NCBI GenBank assembly: GCA_034521815.1
Contig: JAXHLW010000013.1
Span: 960,001 to 1,024,000, forward strand
Reading direction: 5' to 3'
DNA: 64,000 bases
Source of the DNA: Trueperaceae bacterium
GTDB taxonomy: Bacteria > Deinococcota > Deinococci > Deinococcales > Trueperaceae
Position numbers and translations under genes: made by a program. This document shows, one piece after another, positions 53,849 to 64,000 of this stretch. Every line of letters begins with the position of its first letter. Within the stretch, counting starts at the first letter, position 1. The notes beneath the pieces are model-generated. The model did no database searches. It saw only the letters and a list, made by a program, of their open reading frames with translations, and was not told where the DNA came from.

Positions 53849-55120
53849 ATGGCGGACGCTGCGGACCACGGGACCTGGAACGATCCTCCCGTCCAGCTCG
53901 AGAGGGCGATCACGCTGCTCGAGGAGGACGGCCGTCGAGCGTTCGCGGCGCGTGACGCCGAGCTGGAGACGGTGCCGCTGGGTCGTGCGACGGGCCGCAT
54001 CCTGGCTCGCGACCTGGCGGCGACCTGCGATCACCCCAACGTGGACGACGCCTCGCTCGACGGGATCGCCTGCCGTGCCGACGACGCGTCGGGAGCGAGC
54101 GACACCGCACCCGTCGCGCTGCGTATCGTCGGCGAGTCGGCGGCCGGACGACCGTTTTCGGGTCGGGTCGGCCCTGGCGAGGCGATCCGGATCCAGACCG
54201 GGGCCGCCGTGCCGGACGGCGCCAACGCCATCGTGCCCGTGGAGCGGCTGCGTGACGACGGCGAGCAGGTCGTGGTCTTCGCGCCGGCGTCCGAAGGCGC
54301 GGTCCGTCCCCGCGGCCAGGACGTTCGAGCCGGCCAGATCGGCCTGCGCGCCGGTCGCCGCATGGACGCCGCCACGATCGCCCTGGCGGCAGCGATGGGC
54401 CACGCCGAGCTGCCGGTCCGTGCCCCGCTGCGGGTGGCGCTCTTGACGGGCGGCGACGAAGTCGTTCCGCCGGGAAGCCCGCTGGGCCCGGGCGACGTGT
54501 TCGATGCGAACGGTCCGGCCCTGACCGCGCTGATCCTGGCCGCCGGAGCGGAGCCGCTGCCGCTTCCGCCGGTCCGCGACGATCTCGGCGCCCTCGAGGC
54601 CGCCCTCGACACCGCTCCGCATGTCGACCTGCTGTTGACCTGCGGCGGGATCTCGATGGGGCGTTACGACCGCGCGCGCGACCTGCTGCGTGCGCACGGG
54701 CGGCTGTCGTTCCGCAAGGTGCTGCTCAAGCCGGGCGGGCCCGCGACGTTCGCGCACCTGCGCGACCGGCCGTGGCTGGCGCTCCCTGGAAACCCGGTCT
54801 CGGCGTCGGTGACGTTCCTCGTCCTGGCGCGCGCGTGGCTGGACCGCGCTGCCGGCCGAGACGGGCCGCTCCCCTACGAGCGCAGGGTGCCAGCGTTCGC
54901 CGGAGCTCCGCTCAGGTCGGCGGGCGACAAGACGACGCTGCTTCGCGTCGTGCTGGAGCGCGAGGACCATCGTCTGGTCGCCCGTCCGGCGGGCGACCAG
55001 AACTCGGGCGTGGTCCGTACCCTGGCCGCAGCGGACGCGTTGGCGATCGTCCCCCCCTCGACCGAGCTCTCCGTCGGCGACGCCGTCGACGTCGTCCCGC
55101 TGGCCCCGCACCTCGGCTGA
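53849..55120 (+). CDS. moeA: Molybdopterin molybdotransferase
   Basis: SLDGIA, IQTGAAVPDGA, TGGDEV, GGISMGRYD, LPGNPVS. Confidence 0.92.
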   Translation: MADAADHGTWNDPPVQLERAITLLEEDGRRAFAARDAELETVPLGRATGRILARDLAATCDHPNVDDASLDGIACRADDASGASDTAPVALRIVGESAAGRPFSGRVGPGEAIRIQTGAAVPDGANAIVPVERLRDDGEQVVVFAPASEGAVRPRGQDVRAGQIGLRAGRRMDAATIALAAAMGHAELPVRAPLRVALLTGGDEVVPPGSPLGPGDVFDANGPALTALILAAGAEPLPLPPVRDDLGALEAALDTAPHVDLLLTCGGISMGRYDRARDLLRAHGRLSFRKVLLKPGGPATFAHLRDRPWLALPGNPVSASVTFLVLARAWLDRAAGRDGPLPYERRVPAFAGAPLRSAGDKTTLLRVVLEREDHRLVARPAGDQNSGVVRTLAAADALAIVPPSTELSVGDAVDVVPLAPHLG

Positions 55121-55121
55121 C

Positions 55122-55757
55122 GTGGCGTCTCCTCGGACCGCGACCGATCGAACCGCGACCGATCGAACCGCGACGAACGTGCTGTCACGCGAGACGTACG
55201 CGCACGACGCGGACGTCGTCGCGAAGCGGCTGCTGGGCTGCCTGCTCGAGGTGCACGGCGCCGACGACTCGGGAACGGACCGAGCGCCGCTCCGCGCTCG
55301 CATCGTCGAGACCGAGGCGTACCTCGGCGAGGCCGACCTCGCCTGCCACGCCTCGCGCGGACGCACCCGGCGGACCGAGAGCCTGTACGGCCCTCCCGGA
55401 ACCGCGTACGTCTACCTGATCTACGGCGTCCATCGCCTGTTCAACGTCGTCGCGTCCAGCGAAGGCGATCCGCACGCGGTCCTGGTCCGTGCGGTGGAGC
55501 CGCTGAACTTCGAGGCGCGCACGCACGGGCCGGGCCTGCTGAGCAAGGCGCTTGGGATCGACCTGGACGACGATCGCTCCGATCTGACGACCGGCCGGAT
55601 CCGCATCGCCTGGGGCGCCGCCCCGGCCCGTGTCGCGGTCGGACCCCGGATCGGCGTCGACTATGCGGGCGCCTGGGCCGGCGCGCCGCTCCGTTTCGGC
55701 GACGCGGACAGCGACCGGCTGTCGCGTCCGTTTCCGGGTCGGGACCCGACTCGGTAA
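55122..55757 (+). CDS. DNA-3-methyladenine glycosylase (MPG/AAG family)
   Basis: RIVETEAY, YVYLIYG, GPGLL, GPRIGV. Confidence 0.92.
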   Translation: MASPRTATDRTATDRTATNVLSRETYAHDADVVAKRLLGCLLEVHGADDSGTDRAPLRARIVETEAYLGEADLACHASRGRTRRTESLYGPPGTAYVYLIYGVHRLFNVVASSEGDPHAVLVRAVEPLNFEARTHGPGLLSKALGIDLDDDRSDLTTGRIRIAWGAAPARVAVGPRIGVDYAGAWAGAPLRFGDADSDRLSRPFPGRDPTR

Positions 55758-55816
55758 GCCCGCTGTCGGTGCGAGCGCCCCCTCCGGGCGATCGTGGGGC
55801 CGAGAGAGAGGCATGC

Positions 55817-56759
55817 ATGGAACCTCACGGCATCCACCACCTGACGGCCGTTTCGGCCGACATCCGCGGAAACCTGCGCTTCTACACCGAGGTCATGGGC
55901 ATGCGCCTCGTCAAGCGCAGCGTGAACCAGGACGACGTCTCGGCGTACCACCTGTTCTACGCCGACGGGGCCGGCTCGCCCGGGACCGACCTGACGTTCT
56001 TCGACTGGGACGTCCCGCGCGAGCGTCGCGGCGGTCAGGCGTTCACGCGGACGCACCTCCGCGTCGCGGGAAGCGAGACGCTCGCGTGGTGGGAGACGCG
56101 CCTACGGGAGCACGGCGTGACGGCCCAGCCGCCCACCGAGCGCGACGGACGCTGGACGTTGCCGTTCGAGGACCCCGAGGGACAGCGACTGGCCCTCGTC
56201 GACGACGGCGGGGCCGGCGATGCTCCGGTGCCGTGGCACGGCTCCGACGTTCCGGTCGCCCACCAGATCCGGGGATTGGGACCGGTCCGCGCCACCGTCC
56301 GGGATTCGGCCGCGACCGAGGCGCTGCTGCAGCGCGTGCTGGGCATGCGCCACGACCGCAGCTTCGACGACGACGGACGCGAGGTGCGTGTGCTCGCCAT
56401 GGGCGACGGCGGCGCGCATGCGGAGCTGCAGCTCGAGATCGCCCCGGAGGTCGGTCCCGCCCGACCGGGAGCCGGCGGCGTGCACCACGTCGCGTTCCGC
56501 ATCGCGGACGGGGACTACGACGCGTGGGCGGACCGGCTGAGCCAGGCGGGCGTCCCGAACAGCGGTCCGGTCGACCGCTTCTGGTTCAGGAGCCTGTACG
56601 TGCGCGACCCCAACGGGCTGCTGTTCGAGCTGGCCACCGACGGTCCCGGCTTCGCGGTGGACGAGGACCCGGACCACCTCGGCGAGAAGGTCGTCCTGCC
56701 ACCGTTCCTGGAGTCGCGTCGTCGCCCGGATCGAAGCGAACCTGAAACCGCTGGAGTGA
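55817..56759 (+). CDS. Ring-cleaving dioxygenase / VOC family (MhqO-like), frameshift near the 3' end
   Basis: GIHHLTA, VNQDD..AYHLFY, GGVHHVAF, DRFWFRSLY, FELATDGPGF. Confidence 0.9.
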
Positions 56760-56807
56760 CGCGGACCCCGACGAGGCGCCAGCCGACGCAGCCGACCGAA
56801 CGAACCG

Positions 56808-57725
56808 TCAGGGGAACTCTTCGCGCGGCTCGGTCGGCCCTTCGCGACGACCCGGCTCGTACGGCTCGACGTGCACCGTCGTCACCAGGTTCGGCAGCGT
56901 GCGGTGGATCTCGTCCTCGAGGTCCACGATCACGTCGTGCGCCGCGCGCACCGTCGAGCGGGGGTCGACGAACACGTCGACCTCGACGAAGCGGGCCCGA
57001 CCCGAGCGGCGGCTGCGGAGTCGGTGGAACCCGAGGATGCGTGGATCGGCGTCCAACGCCGCCAGAATGCGCCGCTCCTCGTCCTGAGGCAGCCGCTCGT
57101 CCATCAGGCGGCTGATCGCGCCGCCCAGCACGCGGACCCCCTCCCGTCCGATGTGCGCCGCGACGAGCAGCGCGAGGATCGGATCGAGACGCGCGACGCC
57201 GGTCGCGGCGACCGACGCCACCCCGGCCAGCACCCCCGCCGACGTCCATACGTCGGTCCGCAAGTGCCGTGCGTTCGCCCTCAGGGCCGCCGAGTCGAGC
57301 CTCTCGGCCTGACGCCATAGCCAGACCGCCAGAAGACCGTTCAGGGCGGCCGATGCGCCGGACACGATCAAGCCCACGCCCAGGCGGTCCAGCGCCACCG
57401 GTTCGATCAGCCGACCGAACGCCGAGACGGCGATCAGCGTCGCCGCGAGCAGGATCAGGCCGGCTTCGAACGCGCTCGAGAGATCCTCGATCTTTTCGTG
57501 CCCGTACGGGTGCTGGAAGTCGGGCGGCGTCCGCGCCAGGCGGATCGCGACGACCAGCGTGGTCGCCGCGATCAGGTTGACGATCGACTCCGCGGCGTCG
57601 GACGCCAGGCCCACCGACCCGGTCAGTCCCCAGGCGGCCGTCTTGAGGCCGAGCACCACGATCGCCCCGACCAGACTGACCATGGCCGCCCGCCGATGGA
57701 GCCTGGCGGCGGCGCCGCCCGTCAC
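56808..57725 (-). CDS. Cation diffusion facilitator transporter (FieF-like)
   Basis: SDAAES, HPYGHEKIE, HLRTD, HVEP. Confidence 0.92.
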   Translation of the reverse strand: MTGGAAARLHRRAAMVSLVGAIVVLGLKTAAWGLTGSVGLASDAAESIVNLIAATTLVVAIRLARTPPDFQHPYGHEKIEDLSSAFEAGLILLAATLIAVSAFGRLIEPVALDRLGVGLIVSGASAALNGLLAVWLWRQAERLDSAALRANARHLRTDVWTSAGVLAGVASVAATGVARLDPILALLVAAHIGREGVRVLGGAISRLMDERLPQDEERRILAALDADPRILGFHRLRSRRSGRARFVEVDVFVDPRSTVRAAHDVIVDLEDEIHRTLPNLVTTVHVEPYEPGRREGPTEPREEFP

Positions 57726-58162
57726 GTTCGGGGTCCGTCCTCCTCGGCACCGCTACGGGGCTCGTCGTCGTCCTGATCGCCGTCTTCGTCGTCCTCGTCC
57801 TCGTCCGCGATGGCGCCGGCGCCGCCGTGCTCCGATAGCTCGCCCGTGGCGAGGAGCTCGTCGAGCTCCGCGCCCTGGTAGTCGGTCACCGTCTCGGCGA
57901 TGATCTCGAACGCCCGCGCAGCGTCCGGCTCGGGCACCAGCACCACGGTGGTACCGACCCGCGATCCGCCCAGGTGGCTGTAGACGTCGTCCAACGGATC
58001 GGCGCCGCGCACGACGGACAGGATCCCCTCGTCCTCCAGGATGGCGGCCACCATCTCGGCCAACGGCTCGGCCGGAGCGACGTCGACGACCGTCCAGCGA
58101 TCGCCGTTCAGCGTCACGACCGCCCCTTTCAGGCCGTCGGGCTTCAGGCCGTCGGGCGTCAC
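57722..58162 (-). CDS. Hypothetical protein (DUF2007-like) with acidic tail
   Basis: AEMVAAILEDEGI, VLVPEPDAARA; coupled to both neighbours. Confidence 0.6.
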   Translation of the reverse strand: MTPDGLKPDGLKGAVVTLNGDRWTVVDVAPAEPLAEMVAAILEDEGILSVVRGADPLDDVYSHLGGSRVGTTVVLVPEPDAARAFEIIAETVTDYQGAELDELLATGELSEHGGAGAIADEDEDDEDGDQDDDEPRSGAEEDGPRT

Positions 58163-59313
58163 GACGCCACCCCCAGCAGGGCCAGCGACAGATCCCGGTA
58201 CACCTCGGTCGCGACGTCGAGCGCGTCCAGGCGAACGCTTTCGCGGGTCGTGTGCGCCAGCTCCTCCTCGCCCGGCCCGAAGCCCACCACGACCGCGCCG
58301 CTCGCGGCCAGGAACGGCGCGTCGGTCGCGAACCACCAGGTCCCCTCGTCGAACGGGAGCCCGTGTCGCGGCAGGATCTCGCGCAGGCTCTCGCGCGTCG
58401 CGTTGGTCCAGCGATTCTCGCCGGGCGCGAGGTAGGCGGGGTTCACGCGGGGAAAGGTCCGCTGGACCGTTCCTGACTCGCTGACCGCGTTCTCCTCGGA
58501 GAGCACCAGCGTGGCGTCCGGGTCCAACGCCTGCAAGCGCGCCAGCACGTCGTCGGGCGGGTCGCTGGGCAGGTTGCGGTAGTCGACCGTGATCACGGCC
58601 TCGCCCGGGACGACGTTGGCGCCGTCCGTGGGGTGGCTGATCAGTCGGGTCGGCGTGGCGGTCGAGCCGGTCAGCGGCCCGCCCGAGGGCAGCTCGAGCT
58701 CCTCGAGCCGAGCCAGCCAGCGGGCCGCACGGTAGAGGGCGTTCTCGCCCAGCTCGGGCTTCGCGGCGTGCGCGATCTTGCCGGGAAGGTGCACGTCGAC
58801 CTCGACGCGACCGCGATGCCCCAGCTTGAGCCGCAGCTTGCTCGGTTCTCCCAGCACGATCACGTCCGGGCTCGACGTCTCCCCCAGCCAGCGCGCGCCC
58901 AGGCCCCCGACCTCCTCCTGCACGACGCCCGTCACCGACAGGGTTCCTTGGAAGCCGTGCTCGGCGGCCGCGGCCGCCGCCACCGCCATGCAGGCGAGGC
59001 TGCCCTTCATGTCCGACGCGCCCCGCCCCCACAGGCGACCGTCGGCGATCTCGGCGTCCAGCGGAGGGTGCGGCCAGAGCGAAGGGTCGCCGGTGGGCAC
59101 CGTGTCCAAGTGGCCGTTCAGCATGACCGTAGGACCCTCGCCCCGCTCGAACATGCCGATGACGTTGCCGGCCTCGTCGATCCAGGCGCGGTCGAAGCCC
59201 AGTCGGTGGAAGGCGCCCAGCAGGACCTGGGCGGCCGGCCCTTCGGCGCCCGACGGGCTGGGAGCCCGGATCAGGGCGCGGGCCAAATCGATCGTGGGGG
59301 TGTCGGCGTTCAT
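58159..59313 (-). CDS. M20 family metallopeptidase/deacylase (ArgE/DapE-like)
   Basis: GHLDTV, GRGASDMKG, QEE, GEPS, AHTTRE. Confidence 0.9.
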   Translation of the reverse strand: MNADTPTIDLARALIRAPSPSGAEGPAAQVLLGAFHRLGFDRAWIDEAGNVIGMFERGEGPTVMLNGHLDTVPTGDPSLWPHPPLDAEIADGRLWGRGASDMKGSLACMAVAAAAAAEHGFQGTLSVTGVVQEEVGGLGARWLGETSSPDVIVLGEPSKLRLKLGHRGRVEVDVHLPGKIAHAAKPELGENALYRAARWLARLEELELPSGGPLTGSTATPTRLISHPTDGANVVPGEAVITVDYRNLPSDPPDDVLARLQALDPDATLVLSEENAVSESGTVQRTFPRVNPAYLAPGENRWTNATRESLREILPRHGLPFDEGTWWFATDAPFLAASGAVVVGFGPGEEELAHTTRESVRLDALDVATEVYRDLSLALLGVAS

Positions 59314-59381
59314 GCCGGCATGGTACCCGCTCGCGCACGGCGGTCCGAAACAGGTGAACGGTCGGAGGCTATGCTTCGTGC

Positions 59382-60215
59382 ATGGGACTCGACGCCGTCG
59401 CACCCGCGCAGCGATCGTCCGGCTGGACCTGTTCGGCGTGCGACTACGTGAACGAAGACGGGCTCACCTGCGACCGCTGCGGCGTCGCGCGACGCTGGCT
59501 CGAGAACCCGCCGTTGGACCTGCCACCGCAGCCGGGATGGTTCGAGCGTCCCGCCGCCTGGCTGTCGCTGCTGCACGGGGCGGGCCTGGCGCTGGGCGCC
59601 GTCCTGCTGATCCGGCCCGAGACCGCGCCGTGGCTGGCGCTGGCGACGCCGGCCCAGGGGTTCCAGGTGGCCCTGTCCGCGGCGGCCACGTTGGCGGCCG
59701 TGAATCGCGCCGCCACGGAGCGGATCTTGCACGAGGTCTCGTTGGACGTTCCGGACCGCGCCGCGGCCGGGCAGACCATCGTCGCCGACGCTCGCCTCGT
59801 GCCGTACGCCCGGATCGAGCGTGCCTCCGTCACGCTGGAGCTCATCGAGAACACCTACGAGAGAAGGCGCGGCCGCAACGGCAGGACCAACATCCGCACG
59901 CGCACGCGCCGCCTGGAGCGCTACCGGCTGCTCGACGGCGCGTCCCTTCCAGGGCGCAGGCCGTCGCTGTTCGAGGCGAGCTTCGTCGCGCCGTACCCCG
60001 CAGCCGGGCTGCGGGACGTCGGGGCCGAGCTTCAGGCGTCGGTGTTGGGCGCCCTCGCCTGGCTGGTCCCCGGCCTGGGCGAGGCCGCCCGGAACCTGCG
60101 GGAGCACGGCGGGGTCTGGGCCCGTCTCACGGTGCGGGTCGGGCCGTTCTGGCGCCGGGTCGACCGACGCGTCACCGTGTTCCAGCTGGTCGGGGACGAG
60201 CTCCGAGCCGGCTGA
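59382..60215 (+). CDS. Hypothetical membrane protein with N-terminal RanBP2-type zinc finger
   Basis: WTCSACDYVN...CDRCG followed by two hydrophobic segments. Confidence 0.6.
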   Translation: MGLDAVAPAQRSSGWTCSACDYVNEDGLTCDRCGVARRWLENPPLDLPPQPGWFERPAAWLSLLHGAGLALGAVLLIRPETAPWLALATPAQGFQVALSAAATLAAVNRAATERILHEVSLDVPDRAAAGQTIVADARLVPYARIERASVTLELIENTYERRRGRNGRTNIRTRTRRLERYRLLDGASLPGRRPSLFEASFVAPYPAAGLRDVGAELQASVLGALAWLVPGLGEAARNLREHGGVWARLTVRVGPFWRRVDRRVTVFQLVGDELRAG

Positions 60216-60264
60216 CGCGCCGACGCCGTGCTGACGCGCCGACGCCGTGCGGCCGCGTCGAGGC

Positions 60265-60612
60265 TCAGCTAGGCCCTTCGGGACGGAACGCGTACGTCGC
60301 CAGATCGACCGTTCCGTTCACGACGGCGACACCTTCGCGCTTCAAAAGCGCTTCCTGCAGCTCGCCCGCGCCGACCTTGTAGGTGCTGATGCCGCCCTGG
60401 GCGTTGATGATCCGGTGCCACGGAAACGTCGGATCCTCGGCGGCCAGCGAGCGGAGCGCGCCACCGACCTGGCGGGCTGCGCCGGGACGTCCGGCCCACG
60501 CTGCGACCGCTCCGTACGTCGCGACGCGACCGGGCGGGACGGAGCGAACGACGCGCCCCACCATGTCGCGGAACGGTCGCAACGTCGCGGCTTCGAGGTC
60601 GTCGGCGCCCAT
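60265..60612 (-). CDS. Alkyltransferase-like (ATL) DNA repair protein
   Basis: VPPGRVATYG, ARQVG, PWHRI (Trp in place of the catalytic Cys). Confidence 0.88.
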   Translation of the reverse strand: MGADDLEAATLRPFRDMVGRVVRSVPPGRVATYGAVAAWAGRPGAARQVGGALRSLAAEDPTFPWHRIINAQGGISTYKVGAGELQEALLKREGVAVVNGTVDLATYAFRPEGPS

Positions 60613-60686
60613 GCCGAAGCGTACCCCGCTGCAGGACGGCCTGCGCGCCCACCGTCGGCGCGCCGCCGTGGCGGTATCGTCCGGCG

Positions 60687-61832
60687 ATGCGTACCGTTCG
60701 CTCGATCCTCGCTGTCGTTCTGGCCAGCGCCACGGTTCTGGCCAGCGCCACCGTTCTGATGGGCTGCGCGGTCGCGCAGAGCGGTGGCCGCGCCTCCGCC
60801 GTCGCACCGTCGACGGCGCTGCCGGTGTCGCCGGGACCGGTCGCGGAGCTCCACGCCGCCAGCGACGCCGCGCGGGCGGCGCACGGGTTGGCGCCGCTGC
60901 GTCCCGATCCCGGCCTCGCCCGCGCTGCCCTGGCCCACGCGCTCGAGAATGCGCATCGCGGCGTGCTGGATCACGGCTCGCCCGACCCGGCACGGGCGAC
61001 ACCGGCCGACCGCGTCGCCCTAGCGGGCGTAGCGCTCGTCGAGATCGGCGAGAACCTGGCTCGGATCCCCGGCTCGGCGGTCGCGCGCCGCGCCGTCGAC
61101 GGCTGGCTCGCGTCGCCTCCCCACCGCAGGAACCTGCTCGACCCAAGCTTCACGCACGTCGGCTTCGGCGTCGCGCAGGGGCCGGGAGGGAGCTACGTCG
61201 TGCAGCTGCTCGGGGCTCGCCCGATCGAACGGACCGTCCTCGACGCGTCGCCGCAGATCCGCACGACCGAGCGCTGGCGCCTGACGCTCGACGGGCCGGC
61301 CCGAACGACCGTGATGGCGTTCGTGGACGGCCAGCCACGGGCGCGCGCTCGCCTGGACGAGGGGACGACGACGGTGCACGTGAGCGCGCCACCGCGACCC
61401 GCACGGCTGGTCCTGGGGGTGTCGCGCGCAGCCGGTAGCTACCTGCCGTCCGACGCGGGCACGTTGGACCGCGACGCAGGCTGGAGCCGCGACGCCGGGG
61501 CGCCGTTCGGTCCCGCTCGCATCGGCGAGGCGTCGTTCGAGGTGGAATCGGAGCCGGGCGTCGAGGTTCGAATCGCGTATCGCGACGGCTCGGACGCGTT
61601 GCGGCTGCTCGTCGACGGGAGGCATCGTCCGGACGTGCGTCCCCGGGTCCAGGCCGACGGCACCTGGCTGAGCGTCTGGCTGCAGGTCGCGGAGACCAGC
61701 CGCTCGCTGTCCGTCGGCGTCCTGAGCGACGACCGAACGATCCGCCTCGTGGAGCGGTTCACCCTCGGCGCCGGACCGACGCCGACGCTCGCTCCCGGAC
61801 GGCCGTCCACGATCGCTACGGAGGCGCCGTGA
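60687..61832 (+). CDS. CAP/SCP-domain secreted protein or lipoprotein
   Basis: RAAHGLAPL, IGENLA, WLASPPHRRNLL. Confidence 0.85.
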   Translation: MRTVRSILAVVLASATVLASATVLMGCAVAQSGGRASAVAPSTALPVSPGPVAELHAASDAARAAHGLAPLRPDPGLARAALAHALENAHRGVLDHGSPDPARATPADRVALAGVALVEIGENLARIPGSAVARRAVDGWLASPPHRRNLLDPSFTHVGFGVAQGPGGSYVVQLLGARPIERTVLDASPQIRTTERWRLTLDGPARTTVMAFVDGQPRARARLDEGTTTVHVSAPPRPARLVLGVSRAAGSYLPSDAGTLDRDAGWSRDAGAPFGPARIGEASFEVESEPGVEVRIAYRDGSDALRLLVDGRHRPDVRPRVQADGTWLSVWLQVAETSRSLSVGVLSDDRTIRLVERFTLGAGPTPTLAPGRPSTIATEAP

Positions 61833-62038
61833 ACCCGACCTGGGATTGGCTCATCTCGCTCGCCGCCTGGCTGTTCCTGGCTGGGACGCTGCTGGTGACG
61901 CTCTCGGCGGTGCCGAGCGTGTCGCGTCGGTGGCCACGCGCCATGGTGACGGGGTTCCTGGCGGCGATCGCCAGCTTCGTGCTGGTCCTGGCGGCGTGGG
62001 GACTGCCGCGGATGGTGATCGCGCTCTTCGGCGCTTGA
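61829..62038 (+). CDS. Small two-TM membrane protein
   Basis: GTGA overlap with the CAP gene, GGAGG RBS, two hydrophobic helices. Confidence 0.6.
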   Translation: MNPTWDWLISLAAWLFLAGTLLVTLSAVPSVSRRWPRAMVTGFLAAIASFVLVLAAWGLPRMVIALFGA

Positions 62039-62212
62039 GCTCAGGGACTCGAGCCTCGGGCTCGAGCCTGGGGGCTCGAGCTTCCTGTCCGTGCGACGGA
62101 CGAGGGCCACGTCGTCGTCACCCGCCGGCGTGCGGACACGACTGGTATCCTCGCGTCTCGATCCGGGACCGTGGTCGCTCGGTCCCACCCGACATTCTCT
62201 TGGAGGTCCCGC

Positions 62213-63547
62213 GTGCGCGCTCACGTGATCACCTACGGTTGCCAGATGAACGAGTACGACACCCACACGATCCGTTCCGAGCTCGTGGCGGGTGGGCACC
62301 AGCTGGTCGACCACCCGGACGACGCCGAGCTGCTGCTCGTGAACACCTGCGCGGTTCGCGGCAAGCCCGTCGAGAAGGTCGTCTCGCTGCTGGGCGAGCT
62401 GCGCAAGCAGAAGCGGCAGGGACGCGACCTCACGGTCGGAATGATGGGATGCCTGGCCCAGCTGGAGGAAGGACAGGCGATCGCCGAGAAGTTCGGGGTC
62501 GAGATCCTGCTGGGCCCCGGCGCGATCACCGACATCGGGCCCGCTCTGGACGCGCTGCGAGGTGGCCGCGACCGCTTCGAGAGTCTCCGTTTCAAGACCG
62601 ACCTCGACACGCTGATTCCGCCCGCACCGGACGCCCTGACGGGGTTCCTCACGATCATGCGCGGCTGCGACCATCACTGCACCTACTGCATCGTGCCCAC
62701 CACGCGCGGACCCGAAGTGTCGCGTCCGGTGGACGTCATCCTGGCCGAGGCCCGGGCGATGCACGACGCAGGCGTACAAGAGGTCGTGCTGCTCGGCCAG
62801 AACGTGAACAGCTACGGCCTCAAGGACGACGGCCTGCCCAGCTTCGCCGAGCTGTTGCGCCTCGTCGCGCAGGTAGGCATCCCGCGCGTGAAGTTCACGA
62901 CCAGCCACCCGATGAACTTCACCAGCGACATCATCGACGTCATCGCAGCCGAGCCGAACGTGTGCAGCTTCATCCACCTGCCGGTCCAGTCCGGCAGCGA
63001 CGCCGTCCTGCGGCGCATGGCGCGCGAGTATCGGCGTGAGCGCTACCTGGACATCGTCCGCGAGATCCGCGCCAAGGTCGAGGACGTCGTGATCAGCACC
63101 GACATCATCGTCGGGTTCCCCGGCGAGACGGAAGAGGACTTCGAGCAGACGATGACGCTGTTCGACGAGGTCGCCTACGAGCACGCCTACATGTTCATCT
63201 ACTCCGCCCGTCCCGGCACGCCCAGCGCCGAGCGGTTCACCGACATGCCGCGCGAGGTCAAGGTCGAACGGCTGCAGCGCCTCATCGACAAGCAGAAGGG
63301 GTACGCGTTCGAGGCGAACCAGCGCTGGCTTGGACGAGAGACGCGGGTGCTGATCCGCGAGGTGCAGGCGGACAGCGACTACGCGGTGGGAAGCTCGGAT
63401 CAGAACCACACGGTGCTCGTTCCCAAGGACCAGGTGCAGCGCCTGGGCGTGCACCGCGTCACGGTCGACCACGCGACGCCGCACACCCTGTACGGGACGG
63501 TGGCGGGAGCCAAGAGCGACGCGGTGCCGTTGGTCATGGCGTCGTGA
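62213..63547 (+). CDS. miaB: tRNA i6A37 methylthiotransferase
   Basis: [38 protein letters not shown]-terminal TRAM domain. Confidence 0.96.
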   Translation: MRAHVITYGCQMNEYDTHTIRSELVAGGHQLVDHPDDAELLLVNTCAVRGKPVEKVVSLLGELRKQKRQGRDLTVGMMGCLAQLEEGQAIAEKFGVEILLGPGAITDIGPALDALRGGRDRFESLRFKTDLDTLIPPAPDALTGFLTIMRGCDHHCTYCIVPTTRGPEVSRPVDVILAEARAMHDAGVQEVVLLGQNVNSYGLKDDGLPSFAELLRLVAQVGIPRVKFTTSHPMNFTSDIIDVIAAEPNVCSFIHLPVQSGSDAVLRRMAREYRRERYLDIVREIRAKVEDVVISTDIIVGFPGETEEDFEQTMTLFDEVAYEHAYMFIYSARPGTPSAERFTDMPREVKVERLQRLIDKQKGYAFEANQRWLGRETRVLIREVQADSDYAVGSSDQNHTVLVPKDQVQRLGVHRVTVDHATPHTLYGTVAGAKSDAVPLVMAS

Positions 63548-64000
63548 CGAAGCGCGTCGGCGGCGACGGCGTTCGCGACGACGTTCGCGACGACGAAGCC
63601 GGCTCCCCGCCGACGGCGGTGGACCGCGACTGGTGCGCCACCGCGTTCGTGGTCTGGAACGGCGCGCTTCTCCTCCACCATCACGCCAAGCTGCAGCGCT
63701 GGCTCCCACCGGGCGGCCACGTCGAGCCGGGGGAGCTTCCCGACGACGCCGCCGTGCGCGAAGTTCTCGAAGAGACCGGCGTGGCGGTCGAGCTGGTCGG
63801 CGAGAAAGCCATCGACGCACCGGGGCCACGGCAGCTTCTCCGCCCACGTGGCGTCCAGCTCGAGCCGATCCGCCCGGGCCACGAGCACATCGACCTGATC
63901 TACTTCGCGCGCCCGGTCGAGCCGTACGGAGGCGAGCTGCCTCGCGGGGACGACGACCCCAGTCTGGGCTGGTACGACGAAGCAGCGTTGACGCGCCTCG
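63544..64000 (+). CDS. NUDIX hydrolase, runs off the window end
   Basis: Translated by hand: [28 protein letters not shown]. Confidence 0.85.
   Translation, partial: MTKRVGGDGVRDDVRDDEAGSPPTAVDRDWCATAFVVWNGALLLHHHAKLQRWLPPGGHVEPGELPDDAAVREVLEETGVAVELVGEKAIDAPGPRQLLRPRGVQLEPIRPGHEHIDLIYFARPVEPYGGELPRGDDDPSLGWYDEAALTRL

Overview
High-GC bacterial window. The miaB, NUDIX and prfA proteins look Deinococcota-like (inference). Frequent single-base frameshifts in otherwise intact genes point to long-read consensus error. A block of about 11-13 kb occurs twice in tandem (about 1753-14552 and 14612-26044). It carries a tripartite ABC efflux set, an arsenic-type operon (arsR-acr3 plus two Cys-tailed YlbF-like proteins and a PIG-L deacetylase), thioredoxin-like and CMD proteins, a MenK-like radical SAM methyltransferase, DsrE, NnrE and a CBS protein. 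Copy 1 holds a complete IS110-family element (9298-10471, CT cores). Its non-coding left end folds into two internal loops whose guide segments match this element's own target and donor junction sequences, which is a readable bridge-RNA system. Joining its two ends also rebuilds a TTGACA-17-TATGTT promoter. Copy 2 keeps only a 51-bp left-end remnant at the same site. Downstream are a ROK-regulated sugar/sulfatase/PfkB/GH4 operon, M16 peptidases, a Fur-linked peptide/metal ABC system, tRNA-Arg(CCT), prfA, moeA, miaB and other housekeeping genes. All calls were made by eye; no searches or folding programs were run.
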